Positions 42,673 to 51,591 of a stretch of 64,000 nt of DNA are shown in pieces. The notes below the pieces were generated by a model. It was not told the origin of the DNA and made no database searches. It saw nothing but the letters and a program-made list of their open reading frames with translations. A program made the translations under genes and the position numbers. Numbering within the stretch: position 1 is the first letter of the stretch; each line of letters starts with the position of its first letter. The stretch comes from an uncultured candidatus Porisulfidus sp. (GTDB taxonomy: Bacteria > Pseudomonadota > Gammaproteobacteria > Poriferisulfidales > Poriferisulfidaceae). The stretch lies in contig OZ241993.1 of the NCBI GenBank assembly GCA_965204575.1, positions 1,568,001 through 1,632,000 of the forward strand. Reading direction: 5' to 3'.

Positions 42673-45600
42673 CTACTCTTCCGAACCTGGCTCGGCTTCC
42701 GAAATCTCTTCGATGATCGGGTCCGACCAAGGGCCGGTGACCCGGTAGGTGACTGCCGTCGCGTCGTCAATGCCGAGGCCAAGCCATTCCAGCACTTTGT
42801 TGCCGACATAGACCCCGGCAACCCCGAGCGGCCCTCCAACCGCGCCGATCACCGGCAACAATGCACTGGTTTCAGGCGTGGCCACCACTGTCAGATCGTA
42901 GTCTTCGTCTTCGACTCCGATGCGGCCAATGATCAGGAACTGTGCCGATGGGCCGATGATGCGGAATTCACTGGTGTTCAGATTGCCCTGCAGAAAACTG
43001 AATTCTCCCTCTGCCGTCTCATAGGTGAATCCACCCCGGACCACGTCATCGAAATCAAGCGACAGGCGTTTGAAAATCATTTCGAGGTTCAGCAACGCTA
43101 GGATGCGGGCCAGTTCCGGGGCCACATTCCGAATCCGTCCGTCTTTCCCGTTTATATCGATCTTGCCCTGAAGATTCCTGAATTTGTAGTCCTGAGGGGC
43201 TCCGGGCCACTGGAGGGCCACATCCATATCGATCACTCCCTTGCGCAAAGGGTTCTGAACCGACCAGTGATTCAGTGTCTCGTGCAAGTCATCCGTGTGT
43301 GCCTTACCTTGAAGCAGGGTAAGGTGTTTGCCATTCTCCAGCTTCCAATACCCTTTCAAGTCCATGTCGAATTCGCGGGATTTCGCCTGCAGCTGGTCGA
43401 TCGTGATCTGCCGGTCACCCGGAGATGTCACAAGCGTTGCGTCGTGCATTTCGTAGAGCCCGATTTGCAGTAGTTTAAATTCCAGGGCCAGAGGCGGGAT
43501 GCTCTGGGGCTTGAGGTCCGTACTTTCCACATCCGCCACGGTCTCCAGGTATGATCCGGGAAGACGTAGCCAGTTAAAAGCCCCTCTGGCCCGCTTTCCT
43601 TCCCCTTTGGGAAAATCGACCACGCCTTGCATGATCGGCGCGTCAATGGCAAATCGATCAAATTCCTCGGCAAATCGTACCGACACTTCCGCATCGTGAA
43701 TCTCAAAACTGCCGACTTTCAGGAGGCCCAGCTCCAGGCCCTCGATTTTCAGCCAGAGACCTTCCGGTCCCGCACGCTGTTCTCTCCAGTCAATCCAGTC
43801 CTGCACACTGGTTTCCGGCAAACTTCCGGTCAGAATTAATTGGGAATCCGAACGCGGTTGCGGCATTTCCGATCCCAGGCTAACGGTTCCACTCACCTCT
43901 CCCTCAGGAGTCACTTCGATCCGCGCACGTGCCCGGTCCACATATTCGACCGTGAAGCTCCCCCTGCCATCAAATTCGATGTCCGCTTCTACCTGGATCG
44001 GCTGCTCACTCTTCGCCACCTTGCCCAGAGGCTCCGGCAAATCGATCGAGATTCCGCGAAAGTCGCTGCTTGCCTGCACGGTTAGATTCTTCTGGAGGGA
44101 TTTTTCTGCCACGCCGGGGAGCAACATTTCGATGTTCCAGGCAGAATGCCCCTCAAGCCAGGAAAAAGCCGGTCGAATCTCTCGCGGCATGTAATCCGTG
44201 ATCGATGCAGACGCCTGCATCTTGATCTGCATATCTCCTGTCGAAACCGTTGCGAGTCCAATGCGGGCAGGGTGTCCTGCAAACCGGGCATCCAAGGAGC
44301 CGAACAATGCCTCATCTTCGTATTCCAGGTTCCCTTTGATCGCGTCCAGCCGGACATCGTTGGCCGTAATGTCGAGGTGGTTACCGGAAAGCTTCAGAAT
44401 CCCTTTCAACGCGAACTCGTGATCCAAGCGTTCGTCCAACGGAAGATTCAACTGGAGATCCAATGTTGAATCCCCCCCGAACTTGAGAACCTGGTTGAAC
44501 GTCGGTGCCATCCATTCGACTTGCTCAAGAAATTCCGGGACATCGCTCACCGGCCCGTTCACGACACTGCTTGAATGCAGGTCCATCAGGCTCAGGTCAT
44601 CAATCCAGAGCGCTCCGTAGCTGATGTTGGACTCTTTGAGCCTCGCCTCTCGAATGGTGAGATGCAGTGACGCCTTGTCGAGAAAAACTTTCCCATTGAT
44701 GCCTCTGAAAATAGGCAATCCCGGTTCATAGTCCAGATCGACCTCGTGCAGGCTGCCATCCATGGTCAATTCCGAACCGGCTGCCGCAAGCATGTCGGGC
44801 GAAAACGGCCCAGCCAAACGCAATCGCGCATTGCTCAAGCGACCTGCCTTGAATGCCGACCGGACCCATCGCTCATCGGCTTCCAGCAGCAGGCCGGGAG
44901 GCACCCATTGCGACACGACAGCCAAATCCGCATGTTCGATGTCAAGATCTGCATGGAGCTTGCGCAGTTCCCCAGCCCCCATCGAAATGTCGCCGCGGAA
45001 TTGCAGGGCGGGGTTCGACACCTGAAGATCTGTCAGCCTGAACGCGCAACAGTCTTCGGCCGGCCACCAATCCAGCTGGAACTTCGCCGGACCCGGCCGA
45101 AATTTGTCCAGATGCCATGGCGCGTAGGAAATCGTCGAGTCTTTCGAGTCCAGACTGAGGCGGATGCCCTGTTCGGACCCATCCACCGTGCCGTCAAGGC
45201 CCGTCACCCGAAAATCTTGCTCTGGCATCGAAATCTCGAGCCCTTCCATTCCTGCATGGATACGGTAGCGGGGCGGGTCGTCCCAATTGATCTCTCCGGT
45301 CAACCGGGAAAGAATCCCGGACGTAATACTGCCGGGAAGGAAATCCTCCATCCGATACCCGGCGATCCCGGCAACTCGCCTCGCGCGTTTGATGTCCAGC
45401 GAAGTCAGATAACCGCGGGTGAACTTTTCGCCATGTTCGATGTATACCCCATCCGCAACCTCATGCTGATCCAGTTCCAGTTGTTCCAACGCAACCGCGT
45501 AACCTTCTTCCAGAGTCCGCCATTTAAGTGCCGCCGCCAACCGCCGCCAATCCGATCCTTCAGAACGCGGCTGCTCCAATTCAATCCACACTCCGGCCAG

Positions 45601-46374
45601 TTGCGGAACATCGGTCTCCCAAACCAACTGCGCTTCGGTCCGCAAGCGTGCGTTTTCCGGCAACCGCTTCGCCAGCGGCAGCGCATTCTCCGGAAGCCAG
45701 GGCAGCAACTGTGCCAACCGCATGCGTTCAAGCCGGATTATCCCGTTCCCTGAGTTCATGGAGTTGAATTCCGCCTGCAGTTCGAAGCCTAAGTCGTTTG
45801 GTTCCTTCGTCCGATTTCGCACCAATACTTCGAGGCCCCACAAGCCGAAGGCCATGTCCATATCCACCTCGCCCAGATCCAGCCGATTGTCGGTCTTCTG
45901 GTCAAACAGCACGGTCGCGACCTTCCGCAGGTGGATGCGATCAACAGGAAAATCCAGGCTTGGGCCAAGCTGCCCCATCGGCATCCCTTTCAACCCCCAC
46001 TGCCCGTCCTGCAGGCGTTGCAGCCGAATGGCGCCGCCGCTCACGGAGATTCGCTCCGGAACCAAAGACAGGGAAAACAGGCTCTTGAGCAGGTCGAGGT
46101 TAAGCGCCACTTGGCCGAAACGATGCTCGACTTTCGCATCATCAAATTTCAGCGTTACATCATCCAGGATGATGGAAGGATAGACTCCTCGCCACTCGCT
46201 GGCAGCCTGCCCGATCTCCATCTGCACTTCGAATGCTTCGGAAGCCCAGTGGCTCAAATAAGGGTGGACATCATCCAGCGTCAGCAAGGCGATGCGCAAT
46301 GCTGTCGAGATCAGGGCCAGCACCCCTACGACCGAGGCCAGCGCCAGACCTAGATAGCCGCCGAGTTTGTTCAT
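42673..46374 (-). CDS. yhdP: YhdP / AsmA-like lipid-bridge protein
   Basis: 1233 aa; N-terminal TM, beta-rich repeats, RLSLDFDDV and terminal YRVTGPWSDP; downstream of maf. Confidence 0.85.
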   Translation of the reverse strand: MNKLGGYLGLALASVVGVLALISTALRIALLTLDDVHPYLSHWASEAFEVQMEIGQAASEWRGVYPSIILDDVTLKFDDAKVEHRFGQVALNLDLLKSLFSLSLVPERISVSGGAIRLQRLQDGQWGLKGMPMGQLGPSLDFPVDRIHLRKVATVLFDQKTDNRLDLGEVDMDMAFGLWGLEVLVRNRTKEPNDLGFELQAEFNSMNSGNGIIRLERMRLAQLLPWLPENALPLAKRLPENARLRTEAQLVWETDVPQLAGVWIELEQPRSEGSDWRRLAAALKWRTLEEGYAVALEQLELDQHEVADGVYIEHGEKFTRGYLTSLDIKRARRVAGIAGYRMEDFLPGSITSGILSRLTGEINWDDPPRYRIHAGMEGLEISMPEQDFRVTGLDGTVDGSEQGIRLSLDSKDSTISYAPWHLDKFRPGPAKFQLDWWPAEDCCAFRLTDLQVSNPALQFRGDISMGAGELRKLHADLDIEHADLAVVSQWVPPGLLLEADERWVRSAFKAGRLSNARLRLAGPFSPDMLAAAGSELTMDGSLHEVDLDYEPGLPIFRGINGKVFLDKASLHLTIREARLKESNISYGALWIDDLSLMDLHSSSVVNGPVSDVPEFLEQVEWMAPTFNQVLKFGGDSTLDLQLNLPLDERLDHEFALKGILKLSGNHLDITANDVRLDAIKGNLEYEDEALFGSLDARFAGHPARIGLATVSTGDMQIKMQASASITDYMPREIRPAFSWLEGHSAWNIEMLLPGVAEKSLQKNLTVQASSDFRGISIDLPEPLGKVAKSEQPIQVEADIEFDGRGSFTVEYVDRARARIEVTPEGEVSGTVSLGSEMPQPRSDSQLILTGSLPETSVQDWIDWREQRAGPEGLWLKIEGLELGLLKVGSFEIHDAEVSVRFAEEFDRFAIDAPIMQGVVDFPKGEGKRARGAFNWLRLPGSYLETVADVESTDLKPQSIPPLALEFKLLQIGLYEMHDATLVTSPGDRQITIDQLQAKSREFDMDLKGYWKLENGKHLTLLQGKAHTDDLHETLNHWSVQNPLRKGVIDMDVALQWPGAPQDYKFRNLQGKIDINGKDGRIRNVAPELARILALLNLEMIFKRLSLDFDDVVRGGFTYETAEGEFSFLQGNLNTSEFRIIGPSAQFLIIGRIGVEDEDYDLTVVATPETSALLPVIGAVGGPLGVAGVYVGNKVLEWLGLGIDDATAVTYRVTGPWSDPIIEEISEAEPGSEE

Positions 46375-46483
46375 AGATAGTGCGGGCGGAGTTGCTTGGT
46401 TCGGTGCGCAGATTCGATTATCCGGCGCACCCGAAGTACGGGCGGCCGGTTAACCCCTGTATTGTAAGAGAATTGAAACGGGG

Positions 46484-47074
46484 CTACTGCGCCGGAACGG
46501 CCCTTGGATTCAGGATGATTCCGAATTCCGACAATGCGGAACAAGTCTCGTACAACGGCAACCCGACCACGTTGGTATAACTGCCGCGAATTTCCCGTAT
46601 CCGGCTCCCCGCCCGACCCTGTATTGCGTACCCGCCCGCCTTGTCTTTTGGTTCGCCGCTTTCCCAGTACGCCTTGATCCAGGCTGAAGACAGACGGCCA
46701 AACACGACCGTGGTCACGCAGTGAAAAACTTTCTGTTGGCCTTCCGAAACGACGCAGACACCACTGATCACATCATGAGAAGCATCGCTGAATGCTTCCA
46801 TCATCGCCGCGTAATCCTCGTAATCCCTGGGCTTGCCCCGGGGCTCCCCCCGGCATAAGACTACAGTATCTGCTGCCAGCACCACCGCCCCGGGATGTTT
46901 CTGCAGACAAGCTTCGGCCTTGCCTTGCGCCAACCGTATCACTAGCCCGGCACCGTTTTCCTCCGAACGGGGCGACTCATCGATCGAAACCGGATGCGGT
47001 TCAAAATCAATCCCCGCCATGCAAAGCAATTCGGCCCGCCTCGGCGAAGCCGAAGCCAGAATCAAGCGACTCAT
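46484..47074 (-). CDS. maf: Maf-family nucleotide pyrophosphatase
   Basis: LILASASPRR, ADTVV, DKAGGYAIQG and NVVGLP motifs. Confidence 0.94.
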   Translation of the reverse strand: MSRLILASASPRRAELLCMAGIDFEPHPVSIDESPRSEENGAGLVIRLAQGKAEACLQKHPGAVVLAADTVVLCRGEPRGKPRDYEDYAAMMEAFSDASHDVISGVCVVSEGQQKVFHCVTTVVFGRLSSAWIKAYWESGEPKDKAGGYAIQGRAGSRIREIRGSYTNVVGLPLYETCSALSEFGIILNPRAVPAQ

Positions 47075-47418
47075 TGACCGGCGCTGGCGCGCACTTCAGC
47101 CGGCGGGACCGACCAAAGTTTCTCCAGGGCATACAGCTGACGAGTTTCCGGCAGCATGACATGCACCACGACGTCTCCCACATCCAATAAGACCCAATCG
47201 CGGCTGCTTTCTTCGGAGACCCGGCCCATGCGGGCTTCACGCACTCTCTCCACAACCCGATCCGCGATGCTGCGCACGTGCCGGTCGGAACGCCCGCTCG
47301 CGACGACCATATAGATTGTTATTGTTGTCTTGTCCCGAACATCCAGCACCGCCATCTCTTCGGCTTTCATGTCCTCCAATGCATCGATCACCAACTGCTT
47401 GAGTGCATCGGCTTCCAT
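47071..47418 (-). CDS. rsfS: Ribosome silencing factor
   Basis: SGRSDRHV, WVLLDVGDVVVHVM and YALEKLW motifs. Confidence 0.95.
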   Translation of the reverse strand: MEADALKQLVIDALEDMKAEEMAVLDVRDKTTITIYMVVASGRSDRHVRSIADRVVERVREARMGRVSEESSRDWVLLDVGDVVVHVMLPETRQLYALEKLWSVPPAEVRASAGQ

Positions 47419-47447
47419 TCGGAAATCAGTCTCCAGCAGCGCTCAGC

Positions 47448-48065
47448 CTAGTCTAGATACAGGCGATGGTGACGAATGTAGGCCCATACGGGGCCTGGAA
47501 CACAATAACGCGGCGGCGTGCCGGCACGGATGAGATCGCGGATCTGAGTGGACGAAAAATCGTACAAGGTCCCTTGGTGCAGATAAATCCTACCACAGGG
47601 TGATTGCCGCAGGGTTTCGGGGTCTCGGGTACAACGCGAACTCCACGAATCCGGCAGAGATTGTTCCAATTCACTTCCCGGGCGCGCAACGGCAGCCACA
47701 TGGCACAACTGGATCAGCTCCTCGGCGCGATGCCAGGACGGGAGCCCCTGCAACGCGTCAGCCCCAACCAGAAGGCATAAAGGAGTTGGATCCTCGTCCT
47801 TTAGGGAACACAGCGTGTTATAGGTATAGGACGGCTCCGGACTCTTCAGTTCCCGGTCATCCGCGACCATTTTCACGCCATCCGTGACCAGCCGCACCAT
47901 GTTCCAGCGGTGCTCCGCGGAAGCTTGCGGCGATACGCGGTGCACCGGGTGGCCGCAGGGAATCATGCGAATCTCTGTCAGGCCCAGGATCGGCATCAGT
48001 TCCAGCGCAGGCCGGTAATGCCCGAAATGGATGGGGTCGAACACTCCACCGAGAATGCCACGCAT
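47448..48065 (-). CDS. nadD: Nicotinate-nucleotide adenylyltransferase
   Basis: GGVFDPIHFGH, SYTYNTL, GAD and SSTQIR motifs. Confidence 0.94.
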   Translation of the reverse strand: MRGILGGVFDPIHFGHYRPALELMPILGLTEIRMIPCGHPVHRVSPQASAEHRWNMVRLVTDGVKMVADDRELKSPEPSYTYNTLCSLKDEDPTPLCLLVGADALQGLPSWHRAEELIQLCHVAAVARPGSELEQSLPDSWSSRCTRDPETLRQSPCGRIYLHQGTLYDFSSTQIRDLIRAGTPPRYCVPGPVWAYIRHHRLYLD

Positions 48066-48068
48066 GGG

Positions 48069-49808
48069 CTAAAGCGACTCGATGTGTTGGATGTTCAACA
48101 TGCAGGATCGGTGCCCCTGATACTCATCCACGCTCAGTTCGTACACTAGCCTGAACCGAGAACTCTCCGGATCCCAGTCGAAGCGGTCGTGAGAAAACGC
48201 CATGGCCTTGATTCGGCGTTCCGGATGTCCGATTGGATTGAGATGGAACCGAGTGTGGGCACCCTTGAAAGTCCGACGATCCTGAATCTCGAACTCGCCC
48301 TCGAACAGCGGCGGCAGGAAATCCCTTCCCCAAGGATGGCCGAGTACGGCGAATTCTGCATTTTCAAGCGTCAATTCATCGCTAGCCAGTTCGCCGTCCG
48401 TCTCAATGGTCTGGCTCGGCCGCACGCCCCCTAACGCTTTCGAGACAGCCTGTTCCAGCAGAGCCTGAAATCGCTCCAGCCGACTTTCCTCCAACGTCAA
48501 CCCCACCGCCATCGCATGGCCCCCGTAACGCTGCATCAGCCCTGGCTCCGCCTGCTCCACATCGACCAGCGCGTCCCGGAGGTTGAGGCCCGAAACCGAG
48601 CGCCCGGACCCTTTCAAAAGGTTGTCCTGACTTTGGGCAAACACGATGGTCGGCAAACCGCACCGCTCCTTGATGCGCGACGCGATGATGCCCACCACAC
48701 CCTCGTGCCAATTCGGCCGGTAAAGGCATAGGCTCATTGCCTGGTCGGTTTCAAGGGACAACTGTTCGACCTCGCGCAACGCTTCGGCATGCATCGAGCC
48801 TTCCTCGTCACGCCGCCGGGTGTTGATCTGATTCAACTGCTCGGCGAGATCGTGGGCTTCGACACGGCCTTCCGCAAGGAGGCACCGGATTCCGATCGCG
48901 ATGTCTTCCATTCTCCCGGCCGCATTGATGCGCGGCGCCACCGCGAATGCCAGGTCCGTGCTGCCGACCTGCCTCGGGTCGCGTCTGCCGTAGCGAAGAA
49001 GAGAAACGATCCCGGGAGCCCCCCGACCTTGCCGGATACACCGCAACCCATGTTCCACCAGAATTCGGTTGTTCCGGTCCAGCGGCACAACATCGGCCAC
49101 CGTGCCCAGCGCCACCAGGTCCAGGAACTGAGCCATGTTTGGTGCTTCGATGCCCTTTTGGGCAAACCATCCTTCCTTCTCCAAGTGCTGGCGCAAAGCC
49201 AGCATCACGTAAAACATGACTCCGACACCCGCAAGAGCCGTGCTTGCAAAACTGTCGGGGGGGCTGTTTGGGTTGACGATGCAATCAGCCTCGGGCAGAT
49301 CGTCACTTGGAAGGTGATGGTCGGTAATCAGCACCCGGATGCCACGCTTGCGGGCCTCTGCCACTGCCGCCTGGCTCGACATCCCATTGTCGACCGTCAC
49401 AATCAGGGCGGGATCTCGCTGCTCGACTTCCTCCATCAATTCCGGGCAGAACCCGTAGCCGTGCTGGAAACGATCCGGCACCAGATAGTCCACATTCCCG
49501 TAGCCCATCGCATGCAGGCTGCGTATCGCGACGGCCACGCCTGTCGCACCGTCCGCGTCGTAATCGCCAACCAACAGAATGTGCCCGTCCTCGCGCATCA
49601 CGGAATGCATCATTTCTGCCGCCTGAACACAGGCTGGGAATTCGTTGACCGAGTGTAGCTGCCGCAGCGACAGTTCAAGCTCGTCCGGATCGGTGATTCC
49701 GCGCTGGGCGAACACCCGCCGTTGTAGCGGCGGCAAGGCCTGAAGCGCATCCAGCGCTTCTGGAGAAGCGCTCCTGCGGGTGATTTTGGGTTGAGGCCGA
49801 GTATTCAA
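48069..49808 (-). CDS. recJ: ssDNA exonuclease RecJ
   Basis: DYDADG, DNG, DHH, GTVADVV and GGHAMA motifs. Confidence 0.96.
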   Translation of the reverse strand: MNTRPQPKITRRSASPEALDALQALPPLQRRVFAQRGITDPDELELSLRQLHSVNEFPACVQAAEMMHSVMREDGHILLVGDYDADGATGVAVAIRSLHAMGYGNVDYLVPDRFQHGYGFCPELMEEVEQRDPALIVTVDNGMSSQAAVAEARKRGIRVLITDHHLPSDDLPEADCIVNPNSPPDSFASTALAGVGVMFYVMLALRQHLEKEGWFAQKGIEAPNMAQFLDLVALGTVADVVPLDRNNRILVEHGLRCIRQGRGAPGIVSLLRYGRRDPRQVGSTDLAFAVAPRINAAGRMEDIAIGIRCLLAEGRVEAHDLAEQLNQINTRRRDEEGSMHAEALREVEQLSLETDQAMSLCLYRPNWHEGVVGIIASRIKERCGLPTIVFAQSQDNLLKGSGRSVSGLNLRDALVDVEQAEPGLMQRYGGHAMAVGLTLEESRLERFQALLEQAVSKALGGVRPSQTIETDGELASDELTLENAEFAVLGHPWGRDFLPPLFEGEFEIQDRRTFKGAHTRFHLNPIGHPERRIKAMAFSHDRFDWDPESSRFRLVYELSVDEYQGHRSCMLNIQHIESL

Positions 49809-49902
49809 AAAACAGTGTGCTCGAATCTACAGCCACCCTAGGAATTCAGGTGGGTGAGCCGCAGGTTGGATTTTACAGGACTGCTTCCGACCGTATTCCG
49901 AC

Positions 49903-50190
49903 CTAAGCAGCCACGATTCGTTCGATGTTAATTTTGTGCTCCAAATCGCGCGACTGGGCAAGATCGAAAGCCAACTGCATACCGAGCCACGTTTCAGGGG
50001 TCGAGCCGAACGCCTTCGATAGACGGTAAGCCATCTCAATGGAAACGGATGCTTTCTCGTTGACCAGATTAGAAAGCGTCTGGCGTCCGACCCCCAGCCG
50101 ACTGGCAGCTTCTGTCACCGATAGGCCCAGAGGTTTCAAACACTCTTCCCGCACGATGATGCCGGGATGCACAGGATTTTTCATTGCCAT
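49903..50190 (-). CDS. higA: HigA-family antitoxin (HTH), separated from its RBS by the insertion
   Basis: MAMKNPVHPG..REE.LKPLGLSVTEAA..LGV.RQTLS and AFGSTPETWLGMQ motifs. Confidence 0.9.
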   Translation of the reverse strand: MAMKNPVHPGIIVREECLKPLGLSVTEAASRLGVGRQTLSNLVNEKASVSIEMAYRLSKAFGSTPETWLGMQLAFDLAQSRDLEHKINIERIVAA

Positions 50191-50195
50191 TTCAG

Positions 50196-50330
50196 GGAAA
50201 TTATGTATGAAAGTTGACAGAGGATTCCTCGCCAACTTTCACCATTTCTTGACGCTTCCCAGGCCGACTGTGGCGGGATGCCCCGCCGGTGTCGCCACCT
50301 CCACGTCCAGTCGCCCCATTCCCGAAGGCC
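50196..50330 (-). ncRNA. Predicted omegaRNA scaffold overlapping the tnpB 3' end and right TIR
   Basis: Hairpin GCCTT-CGGGAAT-GGGGC, hairpin GGCGGG-GCAT-CCCGCC, long terminal stem 50203-50245, and loop GGGAAT complementary to terminal ATTTCC. Folded by eye. Confidence 0.62.
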
Positions 50331-51459
50331 AAGATGTTTAATGCGGCGTTCACATCCGCATCGTCCGCGTGCCCGCAAGCGGTGCACTTGAAGTCTGTTC
50401 CATTTCTGTTTTCTCATCGACGTGCCCGCATGAATGGCACGTCTGGCTAGTGTACGCCGGATGCACATGGCGCATTTCCATCTTGTAGTTCAGACACAGC
50501 TCCAGCGTGCCCCATGCGCTGGCCAGGATCTTCCGGTTGAGTCCTGACTTCTGTTTCACGTTCTTGCCGGGTTTCTCCACCGTGCCCTTGGCCGACTTCG
50601 TCATGCCCCGGATGTTCAGTTTTTCTACGTAAGCGACATCGTACTCGGAGGCAATGCTCTTGCTGACGTGGTGCGCCCAGTTGAGGCGGGCGAAGCGTTC
50701 CGCCTGGTACGCCTTCTGCAACTTCACCTTGGTGATCGCCCTACGGTTGCTTCCCTTCACCTGCCGTGCCATCTTGCGCTGGTAGCGCCTACGTTTTGCC
50801 ACCTTCCTCCCCAAGTCCGGGCCCGGGTACTTCGTGCCGTCCGAAAGAACCGCCCAACCATTCTCGTTTACATTGCGGTCGATTCCGACTTCCCGAATGC
50901 TGTGCGGAAGACTCGCTTCCGCCTGGACTTCATAGGTCAGGTAGGCGTACCACTTGCCGCATTCGTATCTGATCCGCCCGGACTTGAACTCGCCGTCCGG
51001 GTACGGATTGTTGCCGACCAGCTTCATCCAGCCGACCTTCTACACGAGCAGGCTTTCTCCCGCTACTCGTGCTGATTGATAATCAATCGGAAAACTTGGA
51101 ATAGTGCTGTACTTGCCGTGAAACTGCGGCAGTTTCCGGTTCAGTTTCCCGCCGGTCTCCCGATCCTTGAAGAATTCCTTGTAGGCCGTTTCGATAGGCT
51201 TCAAAGAGGTCCGGACCGCTTTTGACGAATAGCCCTGCAGCCACTTCGTCGTGCCATCCTCCCTCCGCATGACGGTGAAGACATGACACAGCGAATAGTG
51301 CCGAAAGTCCGGCTTGATTCCGAATTCGTACTCGTCCCTGAGCTTCCCGACCATGTGGTTCCAGACGAAGCGGCAGGCCCCGGCGGTGCCGTGCAACTGC
51401 TGGTTTTTTCGTGCAGAACCCGGATGCAGGCGGTAGCGGACGGTGCGGGGGACTTTCAT
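50201..51459 (-). pseudogene. tnpB: RNA-guided endonuclease TnpB, disrupted by an in-frame TAG (51040-51042) and a 1-nt deletion (A4 at 50409-50412)
   Basis: RYRLHP..GACRFVWN N-terminus; RuvC motifs GIDRN, VEKL and DADVNAALNI; Zn finger CHSC...CTAC; the repaired ORF is about 419 codons and ends at a TAA inside the TIR. Confidence 0.9.
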
Positions 51460-51465
51460 AGGAAG

Positions 51466-51493
51466 ATTGTCTTCAAGGCTCCCTATTTGTCAA
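51466..51493 (-). promoter_or_regulatory. Putative tnpB promoter with -35 inside the left TIR (leaderless mRNA)
   Basis: TTGACA-16 bp-GACAAT-6 bp-ATG; no SD sequence adjacent to the ATG. Confidence 0.5.
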
Positions 51494-51525
51494 CTTTCAT
51501 ACATAATTCCCCATTCCAGTATCTC

Positions 51526-51591
51526 CTGGTGGTAATCAAGACAGGCAACATCCAAGACCTTCCCCTCCTCGAATCGAAATGTCCTGATTAT
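51526..51591 (-). pseudogene. higB: higB toxin remnant (internal deletion, start codon lost)
   Basis: Reads IIRTFRFEEGKVLDVACLDYHQ, i.e. a HigB-type N-terminus (MIRTFR) fused to a C-terminus (TFRF...DYH); upstream of higA in the reconstructed empty site. Confidence 0.72.

Larger units (their letters stand above)
50196..51511 (-). mobile_element. Non-autonomous TIR element (IS1595-like ends) carrying tnpB only
   Basis: 24-bp TIRs GG(G/A)AATTATGTATGAAAGTTGACA at 50196-50219 and 51488-51511 (23/24 identical), flanked by CATTTCAG (50188-50195) and CATTCCAG (51512-51519); no transposase gene. Confidence 0.88.

Noticed and set aside
46380-46391. 12-bp match (GTGCGGGCGGAG) to the tRNA-Leu 3' end, a possible att site
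   Set aside because: It is on the wrong side of the tRNA, 23 kb away across core genes, with no integrase; a plausible chance match in GC-rich DNA.
49830-49860. Imperfect hairpin CCACCCTAGGAATTCAGGTGG resembling an IS200/605 end or REP
   Set aside because: Single, imperfect copy with no partner end.
51040-51042. Programmed amber read-through or frameshifting in tnpB
   Set aside because: Two independent lesions plus TIR/TSD drift fit pseudogenisation better, and no recoding signal is evident.
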